Shown here one piece after another: positions 1-7,686 of a DNA stretch of 24,000 nt. The position numbers and the translations under genes were made by a program. The notes under the pieces were generated by a model, which made no database searches, had not been told where the DNA came from, and saw only the letters and a program-made list of their open reading frames with translations. Source of the stretch: Brevibacterium samyangense (GTDB taxonomy: Bacteria > Actinomycetota > Actinomycetes > Actinomycetales > Brevibacteriaceae); the NCBI RefSeq assembly GCF_039529845.1, contig NZ_BAAANO010000008.1, forward strand, positions 8,404-32,403. The letters are read 5' to 3'. Numbering within the stretch: the stretch's first letter is position 1; each line of letters opens with the position of its first letter.

Positions 1-488
1 TGCTCGTCGGTGAAGGGCGCGTCGACCGAGAGTCGGTCCCCGAGCCCGAGGTGGAACCGGGTGGCCGAGTCCTCGGAGAGGACGACCTCGTCGGCGCCGG
101 AGGGAAGCCGGCCGTAGGCGACGTCGGGGGCTCCGAGCGGAGAGCCCTCGGACACCGGGGAGAGTTCGATCGCGGAGTCGGCGGCGCGGCCGGAGTTCGC
201 GATCACCCATGCGGAGAGGTCGGGCTCCGCGCGGGCCACGCCGTCGACGTCTGCGGTGGCATCCGCGACACGGCGCAGGGTCTCCGTGTCCGGGGTGCCT
301 CCCGTCGGCACGACCGCGAGGTCGGAGTGTGCGTACTGGGCGCCGATCGAACGGGTGAGGGTGTCATTCATCGCGGCGTTCACGAGCAGCGTCGCGGACA
401 CGAAGCCGGCTGCGAGGGCGACCGCGAGGCAGATGGCGATGTACCGGGACCAGTGCGCGCGGATCCCGGAGAGGGCGACACGGAGCAT
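1..488 (-). CDS. ABC transporter permease, FtsX/MacB-type (partial; 3' end lies beyond window start)
   Basis: I checked triplet by triplet that the minus-strand frame is open from the ATG (complement of 486-488) to position 1. The N-terminus MLRVALSGIRAHWSRYIAICLAVALAAGFVSATLLVNAAMNDTL... has the usual FtsX-type first TM helix plus extracytoplasmic domain. Its ATG overlaps the upstream ATPase stop (TGATG). It is absent from the ORF track because its stop is outside the window. Confidence 0.7.
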   Translation of the reverse strand, partial: MLRVALSGIRAHWSRYIAICLAVALAAGFVSATLLVNAAMNDTLTRSIGAQYAHSDLAVVPTGGTPDTETLRRVADATADVDGVARAEPDLSAWVIANSGRAADSAIELSPVSEGSPLGAPDVAYGRLPSGADEVVLSEDSATRFHLGLGDRLSVDAPFTDE

Positions 489-1276
489 CAGGCGATCGCC
501 CCGTCCGTGTGCGGTGCGGTGGTGCCCGGTGCTGCCCCGGGAGCCGCGGAGAGCCGTCCGAGCGCCTCGACGACGGAGTCGCGATCCGGTCGGTGGATCT
601 CCCCGGCGAGGCGTCCGTCCCGCAGGAGCACGACGCGGTCGGCGTAGCCGGCGGCGACGGGGTCGTGGGTGACCATGATGATCGTCTGCCCGAATTCGTG
701 GACGGACTCCTCGAGCAGGCCGAGGACCTCGGCCCCGACCGCGGAGTCGAGGTTGCCGGTCGGTTCGTCGCCGAAGACGACGTCCGGTCGGGTGAGGAGC
801 GCCCGGGCGACCGCGACGCGCTGTTGCTGCCCGCCGGAGAGTTCGTGCGGCCGGTGGGTGAGGCGGTTCTCGAGCCCGAGGCGGGCGATCACGGTGCTTT
901 TCCACCGGCGGTCGACCTTCCGCCCGGCGAGCACGAGGGGGAGTTCGAGGTTCTGTTCGGCCGAGAGGGTCGGAACGAGGTTGAACGACTGGAAGACGAA
1001 CCCGATGCGTTCGCGTCGCAGACGCGTGAGCGCCCGGTCGTTCATCGAGGTGATCACCCGTCCGCCGACGGTGATCGTGCCGGAGTCGACCCGGTCGAGT
1101 CCGGCGAGGGCGTGCATGAGCGTCGATTTCCCGGACCCCGAGGGTCCCATGATCGCGGTGAACCGGCCGGCGTGGAAGTCGACGGAGACCCCGTCGAGTG
1201 CCGCAACCCGGGCATCACCCCTCCCGTAGGTCCTCACGACGTCGCGGGCGGAGACGATGGGTTCGCCGGATTGCAT
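488..1276 (-). CDS. ABC transporter ATP-binding protein (MacB/LolD-like)
   Basis: Walker A GPSGSGKST, ABC signature LSGGQQQRVAVARAL, Walker B VVFGDEPTGNLD and H-loop MVTHD are all present. I moved the start to the ATG at 1276 (MQSGEPIVSARDV...), which is preceded by GAGGAG. The longer ORF-track N-terminus is low-complexity and lacks GC3 support. Confidence 0.93.
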   Translation of the reverse strand: MQSGEPIVSARDVVRTYGRGDARVAALDGVSVDFHAGRFTAIMGPSGSGKSTLMHALAGLDRVDSGTITVGGRVITSMNDRALTRLRRERIGFVFQSFNLVPTLSAEQNLELPLVLAGRKVDRRWKSTVIARLGLENRLTHRPHELSGGQQQRVAVARALLTRPDVVFGDEPTGNLDSAVGAEVLGLLEESVHEFGQTIIMVTHDPVAAGYADRVVLLRDGRLAGEIHRPDRDSVVEALGRLSAAPGAAPGTTAPHTDGAIA

Positions 1277-1444
1277 GGTGCTCCTCTGGAGGATGTGAAC
1301 GGGTGGTCGCCGGTCGCGGACGGACCGGACCCGTTCACGGTAGGAGCGAGCGGGCCACCGCAGCACGGGGGTTTTCCCGCACCCCGCCGGGTGCGAACCA
1401 CCCGGGTTCCCTCCGGAGGTCCTGGTCCGGGAAGGCGCAGTCGA

Positions 1445-1450
1445 TAGGCT
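1445..1450 (+). promoter_or_regulatory. Candidate -10 hexamer TAGGCT, 7 nt upstream of GTG 1458 (leaderless start)
   Basis: TAnnnT lies at a fixed 6-7 nt offset from an in-frame start codon. The same geometry is seen at six other genes in this window. Confidence 0.4.
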
Positions 1451-1457
1451 CGTGGAC

Positions 1458-1800
1458 GTGAACCCGAGGACGATTCCCGTGAGCCCGAGCGAGCGGGCTC
1501 GGACGGTCGCCCGCCGCACCTACCTGTCCCTCGGCGCGGGCGAGCTCGTCTCCAGCGCGGTCTACCGCGTGCTGCGGTACCTCGACCCGGTCGTCCTCGT
1601 CGGCGCGCTCGCCGGGATCCTCGTGCTGAGCCCCGCACGCGGTCGCGACGGTCCTCGCGCTCCTCGTCTGGGGATTCGGCGTCATCGAGTACGTGAACTA
1701 CTTCTGGGTGCGGCTGTCGTACCCCGCGTCCCGGTGGTTCCGGGAGGTCACGCGGTGGCGGACGCCCCGCCTCGTGGCGGACCTCCGCCGGGCGCGGTAG
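1458..1800 (+). pseudogene. Small two-TM membrane protein gene interrupted by a 1-nt frameshift
   Basis: High GC3 runs in the frame of 1452/1458 up to about 1630 (...LVGALAGILVLS). It then switches to the +1 frame from 1630 to TAG 1798-1800 (AVATVLALLVWGFGVIEYVNYFWVRLSYPASRWFREVTRWRTPRLVADLRRAR). The second frame has TGA at 1627-1629 and no start codon of its own. The junction coincides with a C4 run at 1631-1634. Confidence 0.5.
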
Positions 1801-1801
1801 C

Positions 1802-2974
1802 TCAGGTCACCTTCTCGAGAACGAGGTCCGCCCCGAAATCCGCGCACGTGGCACGGATCTGGTCGAGGAGCATGTCGGAGAGCGGGATGCCGTGCACGGC
1901 TCGGTGGGCGCGTTCGCGGTGCTCGGGATCACCGGCGACCTGGACGGGTACCTCGGGGTCCACCGGGTCCATGCCGCGGAGGGTGTCGCGGAGTTCCTTC
2001 GCATAGGCCGGTGTGATCCCGGCGCCTGCGACCTCGGGGTCGATCGCGAGGAAGAAGTACCCGACCGACTGGAACCCGTCGACGTTCCCCGGCTGATCGG
2101 CCCCGGAGATGCCTGCCGACAGCAGCTGTACCATCGTCGCGAGGGCGTAGCCCTTGTGCCCGCCGCCCAGGACACCGGCCCCGCCGAGCGGGAGGAGGCC
2201 GTGCGATCCGTCCTTCGCGCCCAGGCCTGCCATCGCCTCGGCGGAGTTCCGGACGCTGCGGCCGTGGGAGTCGAGCACCCAGTCCGCGGGCAGGGGCTGG
2301 TCCTTGAGTTCGTAGACCTTCACCTTGTTGAAGGGGACGACGGTCGTCGCCATGTCGACGACGATCGGTTCCTCCCCGTCGACGGGACACGCGAACGCGA
2401 TGGGGTTGGTTCCCATGAGCGGATTCCGGGCCCCCGTCGGGGTCTGGTAGGCGTTGCGTGTCGAGCACAGGGACATGCCGACGAGGCCCTGCTCGGCGGC
2501 GAGACGCGCGTAGTACCCGGCAGCGCCGTAGTGGTTCGTCTCCCGCACGGTCGCCATGCCGACGCCGAACGTGCGGGCCTTCGCGATCGCCTGCTCCATC
2601 CCGAGTTGCCCCGAGGGGTGGCCGAACCCGCGTTTGCCGTCGATGACGACGGTCGCGCCGACGTCGCGGACGACCTCCGGTTCGGTGCCGGCGGCGAGCG
2701 ACCCGTCGCGGATCCCGGCCCCGTAGTACGGGAGCATCGAGATGCCGTGGGAATCGATGCCGGAGAGGTCGGTGTCGTGCATGACGTCGGTGGCGATGTC
2801 CACGACGGAGTCGGTCGCGCCGAAGGCCGTCATGATCGCCCGGATCTGCGCGCGCACTGACGAGGACGTGTACCGGGGGAGATGGGCGGAGTCCGCCGAG
2901 GTGGAAGCGGCGGTCGTGGTGGCGGATCCGGGGGTCGACTGCGGGGATGCGGGGGAGGGGGACTGCGTTGTCAT
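1802..2974 (-). CDS. Ldh_2 family (malate/L-lactate/ureidoglycolate-type) NAD(P)-dependent dehydrogenase
   Basis: Motifs GIDSHGISMLPYY, NHYGAAGYYA, MGTNPIAFACP, VPFNKVKVY and GGHKGYALATMVQLLS are typical of the Ldh_2 family. The start is ambiguous (ATG 2974, ATG 2983 or GTG 2986) and none has a clear SD. The ORF-track extension to 3373 is antisense to the neighbouring gene and is rejected. Confidence 0.85.
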   Translation of the reverse strand: MTTQSPSPASPQSTPGSATTTAASTSADSAHLPRYTSSSVRAQIRAIMTAFGATDSVVDIATDVMHDTDLSGIDSHGISMLPYYGAGIRDGSLAAGTEPEVVRDVGATVVIDGKRGFGHPSGQLGMEQAIAKARTFGVGMATVRETNHYGAAGYYARLAAEQGLVGMSLCSTRNAYQTPTGARNPLMGTNPIAFACPVDGEEPIVVDMATTVVPFNKVKVYELKDQPLPADWVLDSHGRSVRNSAEAMAGLGAKDGSHGLLPLGGAGVLGGGHKGYALATMVQLLSAGISGADQPGNVDGFQSVGYFFLAIDPEVAGAGITPAYAKELRDTLRGMDPVDPEVPVQVAGDPEHRERAHRAVHGIPLSDMLLDQIRATCADFGADLVLEKVT

Positions 2975-3118
2975 GATCCCCATCACATCACGAGGAGGTG
3001 CGGCGCCGGAACACCGAAGTGGTTCGGCACCACGAGCGGAACGGTCCGAGCGGAACGGGCAGCGAGTGAACCGGCTGGTGTGAGGCGGAACGACGACCAA
3101 TGGTGTGATCGGAGTGTG

Positions 3119-3694
3119 ATGAGAGAACTCGTCTATTACGTCGCGGTGAGCCTCGACGGGCAGATCGCGGCACCGGACGGTGGTTTCGACGCCTATCTCG
3201 TCGAGGGCGACCACGCACCGGTGCTCTTCGAGGAATACGGGGATGCCATTCCCGGCCATGGTCTCACGCTGCTGGGGCTCGAGCCCCCGCGGAATCGTTT
3301 CGACACGGTCGTGATGGGGTGGGGTGCCCTTCGTCCGGGTCTGGACGTGGGGATCGACAGTCCGTACCCGCACCTCCGACAGTACGTGGCGAGCCGCAGT
3401 GACCGGACCGTGGCCGAGGACGTGACACTCACCGCCGATCCGGTCGCGACCGTCCGCGAGCTCAAGGCGGAGGACGGACTCGACATCTGGCTGTGCGGTG
3501 GCGGGCAGGTGGCCGGTGCGCTCATCGACGAGCTCGACCGGTTGGTCCTCAAACGCAATCCCTTTGCATTCGGTTCGGGGATTCCCCTGTTCGGATCGGC
3601 TCCCTATGCGCCGAGGCGGTTCGACCTCGTCGATGTGCGTGGGTACGACTCGGGCATCGTCGTCGAGGAGTACGTGCGGAGACGGGAGGGCTGA
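3119..3694 (+). CDS. Dihydrofolate reductase family protein (RibD C-terminal domain-like)
   Basis: MRELVYYVAVSLDGQIAAPDG... and DIWLCGGGQVAGALIDELDRLVLKRNPFAFGSGIPLF match the RibD_C/DHFR-like family pattern. ATG 3119 is preceded by GGAG. GC3 is high from this ATG onward. Confidence 0.8.
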   Translation: MRELVYYVAVSLDGQIAAPDGGFDAYLVEGDHAPVLFEEYGDAIPGHGLTLLGLEPPRNRFDTVVMGWGALRPGLDVGIDSPYPHLRQYVASRSDRTVAEDVTLTADPVATVRELKAEDGLDIWLCGGGQVAGALIDELDRLVLKRNPFAFGSGIPLFGSAPYAPRRFDLVDVRGYDSGIVVEEYVRRREG

Positions 3695-3732
3695 CGCGGG
3701 CCGGTGGGTCCACTGCAGTCCCCGGACACGAA

Positions 3733-3765
3733 CGAAGGCACCGCGAGCGGATCGCGGTGCCTTCG
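3733..3765. terminator. Strong hairpin between convergent genes (likely bidirectional intrinsic terminator)
   Basis: A perfect 14-bp stem cgaaggcaccgcga / tcgcggtgccttcg carries the loop gcgga. It is followed on the plus strand by tgtgttcc. It sits between stop 3694 (+) and stop 3797 (-). Confidence 0.6.
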
Positions 3766-3796
3766 TGTGTTCCGGCCGTCGTGTGGTCCGGGTGAC

Positions 3797-4981
3797 TCAC
3801 ACCTGCAGGGCGTTGAGTTTCTTCTCGTAGTCGGTGCCGTCCTCGAAGAGTTCCTCGCGCAGCGGGTTCATCTCGACCTCCCGGCCGGGATCCCCGGACA
3901 TGCTCGCGGCACTGTTCGACGGTGTCGCGGCGTCCTTCCACCGCAGCAGTGCGCCGACGCCCTCGGGGATGTCGGCGTAGTCGTCGCCGAGGGCCGAGAT
4001 CCCGGCGTCCGTGCGGATGGCCCGTCGGATGAGATCCTCGACGTTGTCCGGTTCGCGCCCGGTGACGAGGACGAGTTCGTCGACCTGCCCGCGGTCGAGC
4101 GCCTCGACGACCTCGAAGGCACCGGCGACGGACTCGGCGTCACGGGCCTGGCTCTCGTGGAAGCGTTCACCGAGCTCGCGCTGCCGTCCCTCGATGAACT
4201 CCCGGGTGATCCTGTCGAGCTCCTCCCGGAAGGACGCCCTCTCGAGGCTCACACCGCGCGTCCCACCGGGGACGATGTGGAGCCGGGAGAGGACCTCCTG
4301 ACCGAGCGCGTCCTTGAGGAGGGACTGGGCGCGGACGTCGCCGGTGAGGAGAACCATGTCCGGTCGGTGTTCGGAGACGAGTTTCGTCACCGTGGCGGCG
4401 ACCGCCTCGGCGTTGCGTTCCCAGGAGTCCTCGACACGTGCCTCGAAGTTGTTCGAACGCCAACCGTGCTTCGAACCGCCGCCGAGCCCGGCCTTGTGCA
4501 GTTCGTCGTGCCCGCCGTCGACCGACCCGTCGTCCCCGAGGTCCGTCGACCCGCGGGTGAGCGAGGGATTCTCGGGGGCGCAGAGAGTGAGGTCCGCGCC
4601 GGCCCGGTCGACCTCGACGAGGAGCTGGCTCACGGCGAAGGGCGTGAGCTGGATGAAGGGGAGGAGCTTCGGGGCGCGTGCCCACTGGGCGCATTCGGTG
4701 ATCGGCGGGACCGGCAGGGTGCGGTCGACGAGGATCTCGGCGGCGGAGGCGATGATCGCCCGTCCATGGGGGCCGCCCATCGCGGAGGGTTCGCGGATCG
4801 CCTCCTCCACCGTGTCGAGCAGGTCGTCAGGGGCGCCGGCCCGGGAGAGTTCCGCCCGCAATCGCGTCCAGCGGGTGGTCACCTCCGCGGCGGTCCGGGG
4901 GTCGGTGCGTGTGGTGTCGAGGTGGACCGAGAGGAGCGGTCCGTCGTTCTCCAGCGTGGACATGAGCCAAGGGAATTTCAC
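3797..4981 (-). CDS. Bacterial eRF1-fold protein, Vms1/ANKZF1-like peptidyl-tRNA hydrolase family (baeRF / Rv2629-like)
   Basis: The N-terminal LSVHLDTTRTDPRTAAEVTTRWTRLRAEL, the central Gly-rich loop GLGGGSKHGWRSNNFEARVEDSWERNAEAVA, MVLLTGDVRA and the C-terminal VDELVLV...GVGALLRW match the pattern I remember for actinobacterial baeRF/Vms1-like proteins. The family call is from memory. The start is set at GTG 4981 with AGGAGG 5 nt upstream (complement of 4987-4992); ATG 4963 is the alternative. Confidence 0.65.
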   Translation of the reverse strand: MKFPWLMSTLENDGPLLSVHLDTTRTDPRTAAEVTTRWTRLRAELSRAGAPDDLLDTVEEAIREPSAMGGPHGRAIIASAAEILVDRTLPVPPITECAQWARAPKLLPFIQLTPFAVSQLLVEVDRAGADLTLCAPENPSLTRGSTDLGDDGSVDGGHDELHKAGLGGGSKHGWRSNNFEARVEDSWERNAEAVAATVTKLVSEHRPDMVLLTGDVRAQSLLKDALGQEVLSRLHIVPGGTRGVSLERASFREELDRITREFIEGRQRELGERFHESQARDAESVAGAFEVVEALDRGQVDELVLVTGREPDNVEDLIRRAIRTDAGISALGDDYADIPEGVGALLRWKDAATPSNSAASMSGDPGREVEMNPLREELFEDGTDYEKKLNALQV

Positions 4982-5051
4982 TGTGACCTCCTGCGTGCGT
5001 CGAGCGGCGGCCGAGCACCCGGCCCGGCCGCTTCGCCGTTGGGGTCGTCTC

Positions 5052-5080
5052 ACCATTGCACGACCGTCGGCACGTGACAA
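5052..5080 (-). promoter_or_regulatory. Candidate promoter for the baeRF-like gene (-35 TTGTCA, 17-nt spacer, -10 AATGGT)
   Basis: The minus strand reads cccTTGTCAcgtgccgacggtcgtgcAATGGTgag. Spacing is canonical. The hexamers match the consensus only partially. Confidence 0.3.
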
Positions 5081-5190
5081 GGGGTCGAGTTCATGCCCTT
5101 TTCGGCCCGTGTTCACCTACTGTGCGGTACGGGTTCTGGGTCGGGGCCGGCAGCGTTCCCGGACTGCCGAGGTGCCCGCGCGAGGTGTCG

Positions 5191-5967
5191 TCACTCCCCG
5201 CGGGCGCGCTCGTGCAGGGCGTCGAGTTCCTGCCGCAGGCGGTCCTGTGCGGCGGCGTCGAACCAGCCCTGTCGGAGTTGCTCGTTGAACCCGCCGGGGG
5301 TCTCGTGGTCGCGCACGAGGCGGTCCAGCGGCCGGTCGAGGTCGCGCAGCGCCGGTGCGAGTCCGGCGAACGCAGAGCGGACGAACCGTTCGGCGTCGGC
5401 GGGATCCACGCCCCTCTCCGTCGTCCACGCGCTGATGGTGCGGACGTAGTCGAGGAACGCGGTGAAGGTCGCGGTGACCCCGCCGAACACCGCGAACGCC
5501 TCCTCGTCCGCGGGCACGAGCGTGCCGCCGAGCAGGTCGAACAGCGTTGTCCCCGCCGGATGGTCCGGGTACACGACCGTGACCGAGGCACGCTCGCTCA
5601 CCGGCGGCAGCGGGATGCTCCGCACGATGTCGCCCTCGAACCCGAGCACCTCCCGGAGTCGGGCGATCGGCACACCGGCGAGTGCGCTCACGAGCACCTG
5701 GTCGGGGCGGAAGGACACGCCGGCGACCGCCTCGGCGAGGTTCTCGGGCCGCACGGCGAGGACGACGACGTCGGAACCGGCGACCACGTCGGCGTTGGAG
5801 CCGGCGACCTCGAGGTCCGGGAACCGGGCCGTGAGCGCAGCGACGTTGTCGCGGCCGCGCGGGGACAGCAGGATCCGGTCGTACGGGCGCGGACCGGACG
5901 CGATCCCCTCGACCATGGCACGTGCGATCTCCCCGACCCCGAGGAACCCGAGGCGCGGGCCGGTCAC
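5191..5967 (-). CDS. Pyrroline-5-carboxylate reductase-like NADP oxidoreductase (ProC/F420-dependent NADP reductase superfamily)
   Basis: There is an N-terminal Rossmann motif LGFLGVGEIARAMVEG, then VVVLAVRPENLAEAV and C-terminal ETPGGFNEQL. The start is set at GTG 5967, with GGAGG 7 nt upstream and a GTGA overlap with the NUDIX stop. ATG 5988 is the alternative. Confidence 0.75.
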   Translation of the reverse strand: MTGPRLGFLGVGEIARAMVEGIASGPRPYDRILLSPRGRDNVAALTARFPDLEVAGSNADVVAGSDVVVLAVRPENLAEAVAGVSFRPDQVLVSALAGVPIARLREVLGFEGDIVRSIPLPPVSERASVTVVYPDHPAGTTLFDLLGGTLVPADEEAFAVFGGVTATFTAFLDYVRTISAWTTERGVDPADAERFVRSAFAGLAPALRDLDRPLDRLVRDHETPGGFNEQLRQGWFDAAAQDRLRQELDALHERARGE

Positions 5968-6458
5968 GACAGCACCTCCCCGGCGCATTTCCGGTCCCCG
6001 GTCGATCCGCGCGAAGCCGTGTGCGCCTCGAGGGCGCGATCGACGATCGAGGACCGGTGGACCTCGCCCCGGGCGAGATCGGAGATCGGCACCCATTCGG
6101 CACGGTCCGTCGTCCCGCCGACCTCGAGGGTGCCGAGAGTCCCTCCGGTGACCTCCGCCCGGTACACGATCCGGACCGCCTTGAAACCGCGCCCCGAGGG
6201 CCTGCGGGACCCCGGCTCGGTCACCGTGTTCGCAAGCAGGAGACCGGTGAGGCGGACGGTGAGTCCCGTCTCCTCGAGCACCTCGCGGTGCAGTCCCTCC
6301 TCGAGCGACTCCTCGAACTCGACACCGCCGCCGGGCAGCGACCACCCGGGCCGACCCCGCGATCCCCGCCCGTTGAACCAACTGAGAAGGATCCTGTCGT
6401 CCTCGTCGATGACGAGGGCGTACGCGGCGAGGCGGGTGTCGTAAGCGGTGTACTCCAT
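5964..6458 (-). CDS. NUDIX hydrolase
   Basis: It has a complete Nudix box GGGVEFEESLEEGLHREVLEETGL (GX5EX7REUXEEXGU). The ATG at 6458 (MEYTAYD...) sits 7 nt downstream of a TAGGGT -10 element. The ORF-track N-terminal extension is rejected. Confidence 0.85.
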   Translation of the reverse strand: MEYTAYDTRLAAYALVIDEDDRILLSWFNGRGSRGRPGWSLPGGGVEFEESLEEGLHREVLEETGLTVRLTGLLLANTVTEPGSRRPSGRGFKAVRIVYRAEVTGGTLGTLEVGGTTDRAEWVPISDLARGEVHRSSIVDRALEAHTASRGSTGDRKCAGEVLS

Positions 6459-6465
6459 GGCCCCG

Positions 6466-6471
6466 ACCCTA
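6466..6471 (-). promoter_or_regulatory. Candidate -10 hexamer TAGGGT, 7 nt upstream of ATG 6458 (leaderless NUDIX mRNA)
   Basis: The minus strand reads cgcTAGGGTcggggccATG. Confidence 0.45.
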
Positions 6472-6492
6472 GCGAAGGCGTGTGACAGGAAT

Positions 6493-6520
6493 GTTGTCCC
6501 GGGCAGCGCCGGTGTACCTT
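6493..6520 (+). promoter_or_regulatory. Candidate promoter for the PPTase gene (-35 TTGTCC, 16-nt spacer, -10 TACCTT)
   Basis: atgTTGTCCcgggcagcgccggtgTACCTTgc is followed by a roughly 30-nt leader containing GGGAGG before ATG 6552. Confidence 0.3.
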
Positions 6521-6551
6521 GCAACGGACGCGGAAAGGGAGGACCTCGGAC

Positions 6552-7262
6552 ATGGGCGAAACGGAACGAACCGTCCCGGGCCGGTCGCTCTTCTTCCCGG
6601 GTCCGGTGCGATGGGCGGTCGAACCCCTCGACGACTCCCTCGAACCGGGAACCGTGCTCACGGCGCTGCCGGTGTCGGACGCCGTCCGGGCCCGAGGCGC
6701 CCGCCTGTCCCGACACCGTGACCGGGTGGCCTTCGCGCAGGCCCGGCGACTCGCGCTCGCGCTCGCCCACGACGAGCTCCAGCACGGTCGGGGTCCGAGC
6801 TGGGCCGGCACCCTGGCGCTCGTCCAGTCGTGTCCCGACTGCGGGGGAGGGGACCACGGGGCACCGGCACTCGTGGCACCGTCCCCCGGGGCGGATGCGC
6901 GTCGGCGTATTCCTCTCCACGTGTCCTGGGCACATTCGACGGGGCACGTGGCCGCTGCGGTGTCGGTGCTCCCGTGCGGTGTCGACGTGGAGACGGCCGG
7001 TGGGCCGACCCCGGAGTTCGTCCTCACGACGGAGGAGATCGCCCGGTGGGACGCCCGGGGTCGGCCCGCAGCGCTGTTCCGGTGGTGGTTCACCGTGAAG
7101 GAGGCCGCGGTGAAGTGCGGACTCCTCGACATCGACGCTTTCGGTGAGGTCTCCGCCGAGGAGCTCGGGAGGTGTCCGGAGGTTGTTCTGTATTCCTCGG
7201 AAGTGCCCGGAACAGGGCCGGGAAATGGCGCCTCGGCGTCAGTGATGGTGCGGAATGCGTAG
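6552..7262 (+). CDS. 4'-phosphopantetheinyl transferase, Sfp-type
   Basis: PPTase motifs are present: CPDCGGGDHGAP (the HG-P element), SWAHS, GVDVE and WFTVKEAAVKCG (the W-x-x-KE-A-x-x-K motif). ATG 6552 is preceded by GGGAGG. Confidence 0.8.
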   Translation: MGETERTVPGRSLFFPGPVRWAVEPLDDSLEPGTVLTALPVSDAVRARGARLSRHRDRVAFAQARRLALALAHDELQHGRGPSWAGTLALVQSCPDCGGGDHGAPALVAPSPGADARRRIPLHVSWAHSTGHVAAAVSVLPCGVDVETAGGPTPEFVLTTEEIARWDARGRPAALFRWWFTVKEAAVKCGLLDIDAFGEVSAEELGRCPEVVLYSSEVPGTGPGNGASASVMVRNA

Positions 7263-7368
7263 TTTCCCGGCAGCAGGGTGCCTTGCCGGAGCGGACACTG
7301 AGGTTACTCTCACGTAATTCCATGCTGTGATGGCGGACTCGGTCAGAATCCGGTGCCACTCTTGACGG

Positions 7369-7686
7369 GTGCCAGCAGAAACCCGACTCACCGACCACGA
7401 TGCGCAGACCGGGACGAACCTCGGTGAGAACCGATGGGACGTCGCGGAAGCGCGCTCCCTCGGCAATGCCATCCGCCGATTCCGCCGTGCGAAGGGCCTC
7501 TCCCAGGAGGAACTCGCCCAGGCGTCCGGGATCACCCGCAACCACCTCTCGCTCCTCGAGGCCGGTCGACCGTCCTCGCGCCGCAATGATGCGCCGGCGA
7601 ATCCCCGCGTCTCGACCCTCGTCGCGATCGCCGCAGCGCTCGAGGTTCCGGTGCTCGAGCTCGTCCCGGGGTTCGCGCAGCCCTGA
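7369..7686 (+). CDS. XRE-family helix-turn-helix transcriptional regulator (small, single domain)
   Basis: The HTH core is LGNAIRRFRRAKGLSQEELAQASGITRNHLSLLEAG, followed by STLVAIAAALEVPVLELV. GC3 is high in this frame. GTG 7369 is the only in-frame start before the HTH, and no clear SD or -10 element supports it. Confidence 0.75.
   Translation: MPAETRLTDHDAQTGTNLGENRWDVAEARSLGNAIRRFRRAKGLSQEELAQASGITRNHLSLLEAGRPSSRRNDAPANPRVSTLVAIAAALEVPVLELVPGFAQP

Noticed and set aside
2975-3373. The N-terminal extension of the Ldh_2 ORF to 523 aa.
   Set aside because: It would run antisense through the DHFR-like gene start and the divergent intergenic region. The sequence is not Ldh_2-like and lacks GC3 bias.
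3704-6444. Long plus-strand ORFs (3704-5077, 4314-5288, 5056-6444) opposite the baeRF-like, P5CR-like and NUDIX genes.
   Set aside because: They are antisense to genes with clear motifs (Nudix box, Rossmann GxGxxG). They have low-complexity translations and no GC3 support.
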